Below, in pieces: positions 11,955 through 23,790 of a DNA stretch of 64,000 bases (position 1 is the stretch's first letter; each line of letters opens with the position of its first letter). Under the pieces are notes generated by a model that made no database searches, was not told where the DNA came from, and worked only from the letters and a program-made list of their open reading frames with translations. The translations under genes and the position numbers were made by a program. Source of the stretch: Felis catus (taxonomy: Eukaryota). The DNA is taken from the NCBI RefSeq assembly GCF_018350175.1, contig NC_058382.1:58592001-58656000 (forward strand), given 5' to 3'.

Positions 11955-13294
11955 ACTATATTTTGCCATCTTTCCTACCAAACCCAAATTCTTTCTGCCT
12001 CCACCCTGACCTGGCCAGGCTGACTTTTCCTTAATGCTCAATTTCACCTGCCAATTTGCAGACAAGAGCCCCCCTATCCTGCGGGAGGAAAACAGGGCCC
12101 TCGGAGGCCCCCAGAGGCCCCCCCACCTTCTCCCAGAGAGCCCGACGCGCCACACAGGTTCCTCTCAGGGGCTGTTTGGAGAAGGCGCCTGGGATTTCCG
12201 AGCCCTGCTCCCAGGCAGGCAGGAGGAGCCTTCCTTTGCCCGCGCTCCGGCGTTTTCTAAGAGGCTTTTCTTATGGCGGTAATTGGAGCAGGCCTCCTCA
12301 TTTCCCCAGGAACGAGTGGAGCAATTCAGAAAGGCTTTATTAGGTCAAAGAGAGAATGCCAGGCTTGTCTCCTGTGCTGGCAGCCCCGCGCTCCCGTAAT
12401 GAGATGCAGGAAAATGGTCGGGCTCCAGCCGGCAGACACAGCGCTGTGATCAAAGCCTCATCCTCCCCAGACGAAGGCTGTGGCTGCATCTGGAGAAGCC
12501 GTGCCCCCGCTGTCACCTGGGGACAGCCTTCAGCTCTGGGCTGCCAGCCTCTCCCAGGAGCTGGCCCTCGCCCCGTCGCCGCCTGGAGGGGCCCCCCACT
12601 GGCACCCGCGCTCGCCCCAGAGCCCCTCTGGCCAGGCTGGAGGACGGATCTCGTGGGCATTTCCAGGGCCCTTCTGCTTCTCGGTGCAGGGCCCGGGTGG
12701 TCCCCGAGGTGGCTGTCCCGGACGTGCACATCCACTGGGTGCTTGTGTGCAGCCTCTGCCTGATCTCGTCTGCCTCTCGGCACGGGGCCGAGCAGCGTGG
12801 GGGCCAGGTAGGGGCTGGAGGGGCTCCAGAAGGTGGGGGTGTCCCTCTGCGGGAGTAAGACAGGCTGCCCCTGGCCTTCCCCTCATTGGCTAATTAGGGG
12901 AAAATCCATTTTTACGCGCTGTGTCTGGAGTTTTCCACTTCGTGCTCCAGGTTCATTGGGGTTGGAAGGAACAGAGAAATATCAAGTTGCCTTTTCCAGA
13001 ATCCTGGTCGAGTCCCCAGGAAAGCGGTCGTAATCAATCAGAATTGTCACCCTGGGTCACTTAAGTGGGGAGGCTCCAACCTGAACGGGTCGGCTGGGGC
13101 TTTACAGAGCATTGTCCCAGTTTCTGAGCTGGAAGAGCCCGAGAGATTCCAGAAGGGCCTGGTGGAGGGAGCGGATTGGGAGCCCCGGCTTGGGGAGGAC
13201 CAGCTGAGAGTGCTAGGTTCCCACCACTCCTGGTCTGTTTTCTGTCTGCACCGCAGAGACACAAGCCTCCGAGGGGGACTGAAATTGGGTGGTT

Positions 13295-13745
13295 ATAAAG
13301 CACCATAGTTGGGTCCCCCCAAAGATGTGAGCAAGTCCTCACCGCCCCCCACCCCTGTGCCTGTGAACGTGCCCTTTGGGCACATTGGGTCTTTGTAGAT
13401 GTAACAAAGCTGACATGAGCTGGGCCTGGACTAGAGTGGGTCCTAAGTCCCCTACAAGGAGAGGGACACTGGGTACAGACACACACCGAGGGACAATGGC
13501 CGTGTAGAGACAGGCGCGGGCATCCGGGAGGTGCACCTACAAGCCCGGGAACGCTGAGGATGGCCGGCAGCACCTGGGGATGGAAGAGGCAGGAAGGATC
13601 CTCCCTGAGAGCCTTTGAGAGGGAACCGGCCCCGGCAATACCCGGATCGCAGACTCCTGCTCCCAGAGCTGGGAGAGGATGTGTTTCCGTTGTTTTAAGC
13701 TCCCAGCTGGTGGCCCTGGGGCAGGACCCCTAGGAAAGGAGTAGT
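13295..13745 (+). mobile_element. MLT1C-like solo MaLR LTR
   Basis: gtccccccaaagatgtg...cctgtgaacgtg...gggtctttgtagatgtaa...ctacaagcc...gatggccggcagcacc...ttgttttaagc...ccctaggaaa is collinear with MLT1C. Confidence 0.8.
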
Positions 13746-14136
13746 AGGTGACGTGGGACCCACCCCCCGAGGCCCCATAACCACAACCAGACCGTCCGCA
13801 GCCACGGGGCCCGTGCGTCTGTGGGGCGTCAGGGCACTGGCTCTACCTCCGGTCCTCGCCATCAACCGGGTTCCGCGTCCAGGCCTCGTCTAGGCTGTCC
13901 CCAGGCACACTGGTGGCCCCACGGCCTGTTCTTGCTGAAGACTCAGGCCTCTTTCCGCTGTGGGAGCCCGAGGGGCCGCACGATGCCGCCGTGTGTCAGA
14001 CGGGAGCCCTGGGAAACCAGGGGCAGGACCGCAGGAGAGGGAGAATCATGAGTGCTCTCTGAGCCCGTTATGTTCCCAGCGTGATCGCTTCTTTCTCTGA
14101 TGCGCCTGGGGAAGAGGTCATCCTCACAGTTTGTTC

Positions 14137-14183
14137 TTTTTTTTTTTTAATTAAAATTTTTTTTAACGTTTACTTACTGTATT

Positions 14184-14226
<43 letters not shown>

Positions 14227-14392
14227 ATGAGTTGGGGAGGGGCAGAGAGAGAAGGAGACACAGAATCCGAAGCGGGCTCCAGGCTCCGAGCTGTCAGCAC
14301 AGAGCCCAATGCGGGGATCGAACTCAGGAATTGCGAGATCATGACCTGAGCCGAAGGCGGACACTCAACCGACTGAGCCACTCAGGCGCCCC
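14137..14392 (-). mobile_element. Can-SINE (feliform SINEC_Fc type)
   Basis: T-tail, (GA)n, cagaatccgaagcgggctccaggctcc...gactgagccactcaggcgcccc. Confidence 0.97.
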
Positions 14393-14489
14393 GAACGTAT
14401 TTTTCTTGTAACGAAGGCTCCCAGGGCTCAGGGTAGATTTGGTCCTAGTTCCGGAGCTGAACCCCTCTTCACGGTCTCCAGGAGCCCCA

Positions 14490-14910
14490 AGCACTTGCCA
14501 TGTGGCCCGTGTGAGCCAGGGACTGAGACGTCCATTTTATTTCATTTTAATTAATTTTAACGTGAACATAGATCCCCGATTCAGTTGTTAAGGAAACGCC
14601 AAAGCATGTTTGTGTCAACTTGGGATATGAACCTACCTTTCCAAGTATAAATTTTATGAGCTCTAAATACAGATCAAGTATTTTAGGTGAAGATTTAGCA
14701 GCCAAATTAGGACGTGTTACGTGTAAAATGACACCAGGTTTTGTAGACTTAGTATGAAATACGGAACGTGAAGTACGTTATTATATTTTTAACTTACGTT
14801 ACATGTTGATGTTTTGGGTTAAAGAACATATATTATTAAAATTAATGTTCGCCCCTCTTTTTTATTTGCATTTTTTTTCCTTTTTAAAATATGGCAGCTA
14901 GAGAGCTTAG
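14490..14910 (+). mobile_element. hAT-Charlie (Charlie5/MER3/MER33 family) relic with transposase C-terminal remnant
   Basis: MER3/MER33-like ends; 14629-14730 reads EPTFPSINFMSSKYRSSILGEDLAAKL, resembling the hAT dimerisation domain. Confidence 0.7.
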
Positions 14911-15779
14911 AAGTACCCTTGTACTGAGAAGTACCCTTATTTTGGGTGGGGGAGCAGTGCTGGTCCAGATGGCCAGACTGGGGGTTTGAAACCGATGTGC
15001 TGTCTGATTTTAACCAATCACAGGGCTCTGTGACCTTGGGAAAGTCCCAGGTCCATCTGAACTTCACAGCCTCTGTAGGAAATTGAGGAGGTTGGACCGG
15101 ACCAGTGGTTTTAGAGAATTAGAGGGAGACGGAGTGGAGCTTTCAAAACCGCCAGATTAGATGACCTCATTTCCTTCCCACTGTGATTTGATGGTTGGGC
15201 TGAGGACTGGCTCACACCATTCCCACTCCAAGGCTGAGCAGATGACAGAACTTATGACAGGATTGCTGGGCACGGTTGTGCAGGTTGTTGACTGCACAAG
15301 AGAGCCTTTCTTGATTTGCATGGAGTTACTGTCAAGATTTCTCCACACAAATAGAATGCTATGTGCATAGCATTTATGCAATTTGAAAGCACTTGCCTAT
15401 AATGTAGATGTTAGTAGAGTAAGAGCCTGCTGTTTCCTGGGGCCACCCAAGAATCTAGGGGGAAGGTCTGTAGGGTGAGGAATCAATTCACAGATGAGGA
15501 GGGAGTGTTGTTGCTGGATGGGGTGGGCCAAAGAGTGTATTCTTCATTCTACACTTATAGAGATATTTGAGCCTTTGCAATAGCAGCCTAAGGCTCTTCC
15601 AGAGTCCCCAGAACCGTCATCCCGGGGTGCTCAAAGCAAGTCCTACTGCTGCTGGCTGGGGGTTGCATGCAGTTGACCTCAGCCAGTATTTCATGAGTCT
15701 TCTAGCAGCCATAGGCCAGCCTCAGGAGGTGTGGTCTCCCCTCCCTGGGTGTGGGAGGACGGCTCATCCCAGCCCCTAC

Positions 15780-16102
15780 ATCTAGGGGGGACCGGGTGCC
15801 CTGTTCCTGCCCCAGGAACGAGGCAGAAATGATGTGGGCCATTCCGGGCCCCATGGTTAAGAACAATGTGCCTTCTCTACCTTCTCCTTTATTTGCTGGT
15901 GGGACAGGGAGCATCCCAGAGAGGAAATTGGATGCCCCCAGGGACATGGAGCCACGGGTAGAAGGAGCCTGGGTCCCTGAATGAGTGTGTGATGCCATGC
16001 TGATCCACCCTGGGTTACGTCCAGAGTGAAAAATAGACTTTGGTTGTGTGATGCCGTGGAAGTTTCAGAGCCTATTTGTTACGGCAGCTGGTGTGCTAAC
16101 AT
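15780..16102 (+). mobile_element. MLT1J-like MaLR LTR, 3' part
   Basis: gaaggagcctgggtccctgaatga...gagtgaaaaatagactttggttgtgt...tttgttacggcagc matches the MLT1J 3' end. Confidence 0.7.
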
Positions 16103-16809
16103 GGTCCCAGGGGAGGGACGGGTCCTGTTTGTTACAGTAGCTGGTGTGCTGACTGATCCGGTCCCGGGGGAGGGACGGGTCCTGTTTGTTACAGTAGCTG
16201 GTGCGCTGACTGATACGGTCCCGGGGGAGGGACGGGTCCTGTTTGTTACAGTAGCTGGTGCGCTGACTGATACGGTCCCGGGGGAGGGACGGGTCCTGTT
16301 TGTTACAGCAGCTGGTGTGCTGACTGATCCGGTCCCGGGGGAGGGACGGGTCCTGTTTGTTACAGTAGCTGGTGCGCTGACTGATACGGTCCCGGGGGAG
16401 ACCGGGTCCTGTTTGTTACAGCAGCTGGTGTGCTGACTGATACGGTCCCGGGGGAGGGACGGGTCCTGTTTGTTACAGTAGCTGGTGCGCTGACTGATAC
16501 GGGCCCGGGGGAGGGATGGGTCCTATTTATTACGGCAGCTGGTGTGCTGGTTAATACAGTCCCGGGGGAGGGATGGGTCCTGTTTGTTACGGCAGCTGGT
16601 GTGCTGGTTAATACGGTCCCGGGGGAGGGACGGGTCCTGTTTGTTACAGCAGCTGGTGTGCTGACTGATACGGTCCCGGAGGAGGGACGGGTCCTGTTTG
16701 TTACAGTAGCTGGTGCGCTGACTGATCTGGTCCCGGGGGAGGGACGGGTCCTGTTTGTTACGGCAGCTGGTGCGTTGACTGATACGGTCCCGGGGGAGGG
16801 ACGGGTCCT
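16071..16809. repeat. Minisatellite, 57 bp unit, 13 copies
   Basis: Unit cctgtttgttacag(t/c)agctggtg(c/t)gctgactgatacggtcccgggggagggacgggt starts at 16071 (53 bp), 16124, 16181, 16238, 16295, 16352 (56 bp), 16408, 16465, 16522, 16579, 16636, 16693 and 16750. Confidence 0.98.
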
Positions 16810-17910
16810 CCCTTGCCCTCATGGACTGCACTTCCAGGCACAAGGGAATCGAGTGGGTGTGGCTCTGAGAACACGTCCAGGTCCCCCCAGACTGGCCTGC
16901 CCTCCCCTGCAGAGCTTCCTCGTGGCCCGGGGAGAGGAAAGCTCCTGGGCTTCCGGCCCCTGCTCCCCATGACACTGCAAGCCCTTCTCCACAGGCGGAT
17001 AATTACAAGCTGCTGGTCAGAGGCTGGCTGGGGGCCAAGGCGTTTACATGGGAAAAAAGAAAATAAGGTTATAAGTCCCGAGCCATGGAAACCACCTAGA
17101 ACTCCAGAGCTGTGTTGCCGAGCACTGTCCTTACGGAGTCTCAGAGGGACTGCTGGCCTCCAAAGTCCAGGATGACCACCCTCCCTCGGCCTTGAGGCTC
17201 CTCTCTCCCCGCGGGCCCTCGTTTGGCACAAGAAGGGAGCACGGAAGATGCTGGGGTTTTCTGGACTCTTCCCAGCACGCGCGTGGGAGTCCGGAGGGGG
17301 GCGGGGAAGGAAGGGGACCGGGCAGGGCCAGAGGGAGGGTCCGCAAGGTTCCACCGTGGCAGCCAGCCTGGTAGGGGGCTCCCGGGGGCCTCTCTCCCCC
17401 CCGCCAGCACTGCCGTCCCCATGGGGGTGTAGCTATGGCCGACGGCAACCCAAAGAGAGCTGTCACATATCACAACAGCGGGCATATCGGTTGTGGAGCG
17501 CGCGTGCAGGGTGGGAGGGTCGCTCTGCGGGGCCCAGGGACTTGCCCGGGTACGTGCTTAGCAGGTGACAGAGTTGGGGGGTCTTTGGACTCGGCGGCCC
17601 GTGCTGCACGGAAAGGAGACACAAACGTCTTCTTGTTGAATTGGAGAAGATGCGTATTCTGGCACCGAGGGACCCTGATGCCTACGACACGCAGCGCGTG
17701 GAGAACACGGCCGCCGCCTGTGAGCCTCCACCCTGTCACATGCTGGCGGCTCCCGGCCGAGCCCCAGCGCCCGCCGCAGGAGAGGCGGCTGGCACGCCCA
17801 GGCCAGGGACGCCCGAACCCCCGTGAGGCTTCCCCAGCCCTCAGCCTGTGCCAGGTGCACGGGCTCCCATCCATTTGCTCACGGTTCTCTTTCTGTTTCT
17901 GTCTCTTCAG

Positions 17911-17973
17911 CGAGACGCGATTTTCATGGGATTGGAATAAACACACGGAAGGACCTCGAGGTTTTACCATCCG
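17911..17973 (+). other. Candidate 63-nt internal exon, host transcript unknown
   Basis: Branch-like CTCAC at 17878, pyrimidine tract ending ttcag at 17910, donor CCG|gtgagc at 17974. Confidence 0.3.
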
Positions 17974-18879
17974 GTGAGCACGCGCCGAATGTACAAAGCA
18001 AGAGAAAACCAAACCCAGACCCAAATCGTGTGTCTTTCAGAGCCCCCGGGTTTGGGGGTTGTAGCCCGGTGGGGAGTTTCGTGCCGCCTTCCATGCTGGC
18101 CTTCCCTGCGTCCAAGGTGAGACCGGATCCCCTTTGCTCCCGGAGATGGGCAGTTTCCCTTCTAAAGGAGGTTTTGAGTTACAAGAAGTCGAGCAAAAGA
18201 AACATAGGGAAGCAAGCAAGTGTGCGTGGCCCGCAGAAACCGTAGCAGGGAGGGTTCCCCTTGAGGGACCTAGATTTAGGGAGCACAGGTAGAGCCCAGC
18301 CCCCACTCTGGCTCGGAGGGAGACAGGGACGCGCCTCTCAGCCCCGTCCCGTGCAGGAAATCAGACTGACCCGCGCACGGTCCTTACCACGTGCAGGCGT
18401 TCTCCAGGCCCCCTACCCACGCTGACGTCTCTCATCCTCACGGTGACGGTGAGGAAGGTGCTTTACGATTGTCCCATTTTGCAGGGGAGGAGCCTGGGAG
18501 GTCACAGGTGACACAACCGGCCAGGGCTGCCCGCCTAACAGGTGGGCGCTTAGCCATCACCCTGGGGCTGGCACCCGTCGGTGGGGGGACACACAGGCGT
18601 CGGTGTCTGGGCTCGGGCGGGGAAGCCGAAGAGGGTATAGACACGCGGGTGGACAGACACGTGGAGTAGCGATGTGCCCAGAAATCTAGATCCCGCCGTG
18701 GGATATACGGATGGACGGAGGGATGCATGGATGGAAAGAGGGACAGGTTTATCACCAGGTGTTGGCTGTGGGGGCCGAGCACGGCCACTGACGGCAGGCC
18801 AGGCGGCCGGGGAGGACGGCGATGAGCAGGCCGGGGTCCCGTGGGCTTGGGCGCAGCTGTGGTCCTCAGGCGGCAGGCG

Positions 18880-19170
18880 GGAAGGAGGATCCGGAGGGAA
18901 GGCAGACCCCGCGCCTGTCTGGAGTCTCCTTCGGGGAAGACCTACATCCTTTTATGAAGACCTTGCTACTGATTAAGCCGGGCCCACCCACGGTAATCTC
19001 CCTTAGAGTGACTGAAAACAAACGAGTGAGGGACTTCACTCACATCTGCAAAACCCCTTGCAGCTGCAACCCCACCAGCGTTTGGTGAATCATCAGGAGA
19101 AGGTGTGGACGTCCAGGTCCGTCCCGGACTCTGCAGAGACCATCTGGGACGGTTGCTTCTGGCCCCAGAC
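18880..19170 (-). mobile_element. ERVL/MaLR LTR fragment (MLT1E/F or MLT2-like)
   Basis: actgattaagccgggcccaccc...taatctccctt...cacatctgcaaaacccctt...gtttggtgaatcatcaggagaaggtgtg. Confidence 0.6.
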
Positions 19171-19474
19171 TCGTGGGCCTCTGCGGCTGGCGGCAAAGCC
19201 TGTCCCCTGTCTCGGGGCCACAGGGCGGCTTCCACACAGAGTTTTGCTCAGAAGCATTCTTTCTTTGTGGTGCCCTCACTGACCACCTCTGGGCGCGGGG
19301 CCCCGGGCTGGCGAGAAGGAGGAGACACGGTGGCCTCGTGCCCGAGCACCGTCCGCTCCGCGCCTGGGCTGGTCAGCCCCCGCCTTCCCAGGGGTCCTTC
19401 GCGAAGGTCCTTCCTCCTGGGGTGATTTTCCAGCTCTTCGGTCAAGAGCTAGGCCACGTTTAGAAACCGTGCTT

Positions 19475-19960
19475 TAAACGTGAACTAAGTTTTTACCGGA
19501 GTAGGATGTACACACGGAAGAGCGAGACACCCAGGGATGGGTACCAGGTGGGCACCCCCGCGATACCAGCTCCCAGGAGAAGGCACGGAACGTGGCCCTG
19601 CCCCCACAGTCCCCCAGAGTCCCTGCTCCGTCCCGTTCCCACAACGACCCCTCCCAGGACCGCCGTGCTGACCCCGTCACCGCAGCGGTTTTCTCTGATT
19701 CGGGCTTTATGGCCACAGAGTCCTGTCGCGTGCGTGCCTCTGTGCCCGGCTTCTCTTGATCGTTATCAGTTTGTGGGTCTGTGGCTGTCGGATTTCGAGT
19801 TCGTTGCTGTGGAATATTCCATGGTGAGAATACGTCCTGAGTCGCCTCTCCGTCTTCCCGTCGGTGGGCGCCGGGTAGGGCAGCCGCGAACATTCTGGCG
19901 TGCGTCTTCTGGTCGGGGCGGCCCAGAAGTGGCCCCGCTGGGCCGCGGGGCGGGGTGTGC
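19475..19960 (-). mobile_element. Old L1M 3' UTR fragment, strongly GC-shifted
   Basis: ttgctgtggaatattccatggtgagaata...gcagccgcgaacattctggcgtgcgtcttctgg, antisense L1M motifs. Confidence 0.6.
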
Positions 19961-20476
19961 GTTCATCTGCAGTGGCCTCTGGGGACCGTCACGGCTCCCA
20001 CAGCGTCACCACCTCGTTGCTCTGAGGACCGGCCTGCCCGTCGCTACGAACAGGCGTTTCTAAGAGGATTTTTCCTGTGCAGCTTTTAATAGCCGTGAAA
20101 TTCCTGGCGACACGACATGTGCTCCAGAGGGGATGAAAAGAGAGCCGTGTGGGTTCTTGTGCAAATAAATAGCCCGTCCTCGGAGCGGGAGGCGGGCTGT
20201 TCCTCACACGGCCAGTCTCTGTTCCGCGCTTCCATCCCTGTTTCTGTCTTTGGACGAAACGCGGGACCCTGTCGATCCCGCCACATTTATATCACTGTTA
20301 TCCATTTCTGCGATCCCCGGGCTTCCCGGGCTCCAGCCAAGTGTCCACGGGTCAGCCTGGCGCACGCGGGGTGGCCTCTGTCCGGTGTCCCGCTCGCAAG
20401 CCGAGGGCGGTGTGGGGCCGCCGGGCCACCCGCCAGGGGCGAGCCCAGCTTTCTCCACGATGAAGCCGACCCTCCC

Positions 20477-20730
20477 TTTTTATTTGTTTAAAATTGTATT
20501 TATTTTAAAAATTGGTTTATTTTTTAAAGTTTATTTATTTTGAAAGAGAGAGAGAGAGAGAGAGAGCGCGTGTGCACAAGAGGGGGAGGGGCAGAGAAAG
20601 AGGGCGACAGAGGTTCTGAAGCCGGCTCACTGCTGACAGCAGAGACCCTGACGCGGGGCTCGAACCCACGAACTGTGAGCTCATGACCCGAGCCGAAGTT
20701 GCTCAACTGACTGAGCCACCCAGGCGCCCT
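20477..20730 (-). mobile_element. Can-SINE
   Basis: T-rich tail, (GA)n, gacgcggggctcgaacccacgaactgtgag...gagccacccaggcgccc. Confidence 0.95.
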
Positions 20731-20741
20731 GATGCTCCCCC

Positions 20742-20967
20742 TTTTTTTAAAAAAAAAAATTTTTTTAACATTTATTTATTTTTGAGACAGAGAGAGACAG
20801 AGCATGAACGGGGGAGGGTCAGAGAGAGGGAGACACAGAATCCGAAACAGGCTCCAGGCTCCGAGCTGTCAGCACAGAGCCTGATGCGGGGCTCGAACCC
20901 ATGGACTGTGAGATCGTGACCTGAGCCGAAGTCGGCCACTTAACCGACCGAGCCGCCCAGGCGCCCC
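20742..20967 (-). mobile_element. Can-SINE, tandem to the previous one
   Basis: Full feliform body; flanked by gatgc(t)ccccctttt at 20731 and 20971. Confidence 0.97.
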
Positions 20968-21099
20968 ATCGATGCCCCCCTTTTGAAGAGAAGCCCTGGA
21001 CTGTGGTACACAGCGCACATGGGCGAGGGGGCGGGGGCCGCGCGGATGACAGTCCGTGAGCCGAGCCAGCAGACCTGCTCAGGACGGCCCCCAGGCCCC

Positions 21100-21420
21100 T
21101 GTGCCCCCCTGCCCGGGGCACTCACTCTCCTCGCTCCCAGCAGCACCGTGAGGTCATCTGGGTTTGAAACGCACACAACAGAGCTGTGGAGTATTTACTC
21201 TTCTCCGTCCGGCTCCTTTGTCAGGGTCCCGTCGGGAGACACGGTCGCGTGGGTGTGGCTTGTGACCGTACACGCTCACGTTCATCCATCGTCCGGACAC
21301 GCCCCGATTTACCTCTCGGTCCCGCCTTGGCTTCCGGTTGGGGGATGTTAGTGTCAGCACCAAAGTGAACATTCTAGAACATGCCTTTTGGGGAACACGC
21401 GGGCACAGGCCCACGAGAGC
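21100..21420 (-). mobile_element. Old L1M fragment
   Basis: tggagtatttactcttctccgtccggctccttt...ttccggttggggga...gtgaacattctagaacatgccttttgg. Confidence 0.5.
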
Positions 21421-22209
21421 AGTCGGTGCAGGCGGGCAGCGGCCGCAGTTGCTCTCAGCCCCGCGGTCGGTGCGCCCTGTGAGCCAGGAGATTTCTGGAT
21501 TGCTTGCCCTGTCCTTCCAGGGTCCCGGGGGGAGGTTTTTCCCTCTGAGTTTCCTGAACCGAGGGCTTCTAATCCCGCGAGGATCCCAGGAGGAGAGGGT
21601 CTGGGGGAGTCTCTCACGTGCATGAGGAGTTAGGGTTTCAAGTGACCCGATGATCCGCCTCCTGTTGTCTCTGTGCTCCCTCACCCCACAGCCCAGTTAT
21701 CTCTGCAATCAAATTCCTGCCTCTGAAGTGGGGCTGGGACTTTGATCTTCCCTTTTGGGAAGATCTGAGCTCCCGGGACGCCCTGGTGTCCGGACCAGGC
21801 TGGGAGATGACTCAGGTCCCGGCAGGCTCCCTGGGGAAGTGGGCAGGGCAGCTGGCTGGGAGTCCGCTCTGTGCTCTGGCCTTCTGAACCTGGGACTCTG
21901 TCACAGGGCATCTTCCTTCTCCGAGTGCTGAGGGGGGAGGCAGTGAGGGACAGCCTGGGCTTTTGGGGGGGCACCTCACATGCCCCCAGCCCATGGCTCC
22001 CCCCGCGGTGCACTGGGTGTGGTGCCAGGGGCTGGGGACAGGGACAGGACAGACCTCCCCGACCGTGTGAAGTGTGCAGGGCTGAAATGGAAGACACAGG
22101 GCACCAGAATGTGCTCATTGATGATGCGCTGAGGACCTTGGAGTGGGCAGAGTTCCAAGAGGGGACCCACACGGCACTGCCATAACGAAGTCGGTCCCAG
22201 GGACTCCGG

Positions 22210-22830
22210 CAAAATCAAACACTCTTGGTCACCAAAACACCCCTTTAAGAAAGCAAAAAGACACGCCCCAGACTGGGAGAAAATATTCCAAACACATATC
22301 TGATAAAGGACCCATACCTACAATATATAAAGAGCTCCCACCAATCAATAAGAAAAAGACAAATAAACGTGGGGCAAGAGCCCAGAGCTACCACTTCCGT
22401 AAAGAAGCTCTGAAATGCTCAGGAAGCACGTGAGATGCTCCCAGGCGTCATTAGGCACCAGAGAAACGTGAATTACAGTCACAGCGGGACCCAGCTCAGG
22501 CCCAGCAGAGTATCGAGGATTGCGGACGTCGCCGTCTGGAATGTCCCGAAAGCTCCCCAACACTGCCTGCGGGGTCTAAACTCATTCCGCAATTCCCCTC
22601 TGGGCCACGTGCCCAAGAGAAGCGCGTGCACGGGTCCCCAGAAGACTGGTAAAAGGATGTCCATGGCGGCTTTACTGGTGAGACCCCACACTGGAGATGA
22701 CCCAGTGTCCAGCCGGGCGGATGGGGAAGCCAGCGGAGGGATGTGCAGACATTGAAAGACCGCCAGCAACGGAGAAGACTGGAACATTTACAGAGGCCAC
22801 CGTGCAAATGAATCTCCAAGACTTCGTGGA
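22210..22830 (+). mobile_element. Old L1M ORF2 end and 3' UTR fragment
   Basis: cagactgggagaaaatatt...catatctgataaagga...aatatataaagagctcc...aatcaataagaaaaagacaaa. Confidence 0.8.
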
Positions 22831-23574
22831 GCATGGCTATGTCCAGTGCGCCCCGGCGGTGACCCCGGGAGGACGCTGCCCCGGGCACCCCGCAGGGTGC
22901 CCCCCCGCCCCCCGAGCCGCAGGTCCTACAATGGCTTGTGCCGGCTCTGATGGAACCTTTGCTGTATCTAGGCCTGGCCACTGGGGGGATTTGTGCCCTC
23001 GTCCACGGGAGCTTGCCCACCTCGAGCTGAACGTGGACACCGCTGGTTTGGGGAAAGGAAATGACGGCCCTAAGAGGTCGGTCTGCCCTTGTCCCCATGG
23101 TCCCGACCAGGAAGCACACACGAGGAAGCCCGTCCAGCAGCCTGTCTGCCGTGAGTGCCTGACCAGAGTCCCCAGGCCCGTGCTCTCGGTCTCTGCACTG
23201 CCTTGACCTTCGAGCTATTCCGGGCAGGGGATCAGGGCGGACAGCTGGCCCAGGCCCTGGGTGGGAAGAGCCCCGGGACCCTTGAGGGTGGACGCCCCAG
23301 GTCCCCAGGAGGCAGAGGTGGGGCTTCCCAGGGCGCTCAGCAGGGTGACCACACTGGCACACGGAGGCTGGGCACGGGGCCGAGAGCACCGGGCTGGGCG
23401 TCCCGGGAGCTGCCCTCCCGTTCGCCAGCCCTGCCCGTCACACCTGAGCCCTGGTAAGAGCGATGGTGATAATGACGTGCACACCAGCCCCTGGGCTCAC
23501 TGCGCCCACCCGGCAAGTACTAAGGGGTCCAAATGCCGGGAGACTCTGTGTGGTTTCCTAGTTAAAGGCATTCG

Positions 23575-23790
23575 TTCCCAGCTTGCTGCTTATCGGCTGT
23601 GTGACCTTGGATGGGACAGCAACCTCTCTGCACCTTGGCGTCCTCGTCTGCAAAACAGGGATAAGGAGAGCCCCAAACGCCCTCATGCAGCAGGTGCACC
23701 GGCCGCGTCCGAGGGGCCGGCCGAGGGAGCCCCGCTGCGCGCCAGCCCGCGAGGCTGAAGTGAGACCCGTACACTTAGCCGAGAGCCTGG
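23575..23790 (+). mobile_element. MIR SINE
   Basis: ggctgtgtgaccttgg...aacctctctgcaccttggcgtcctcgtctgcaaaacagggataa. Confidence 0.7.

Noticed and set aside
16071..16809. CRISPR-like array (also 11015-11233)
   Set aside because: Units are contiguous with no unique spacers, there are no cas genes, and the context is mammalian; these are VNTRs.
16026..16972. Repeat protein ORFs (VPGEGRVLFVTVAGALTDT)n
   Set aside because: They result from a 57-bp stop-free unit. The frame is broken by a 56-bp copy and there is no gene structure.
22080..22185. Protein-like peptide AEMEDTGHQNVLIDDALRTLEWAEFQEGTHTALP as a terminal exon
   Set aside because: There is no pyrimidine-rich acceptor upstream, I recognise no homologue, and it abuts an L1 fragment.
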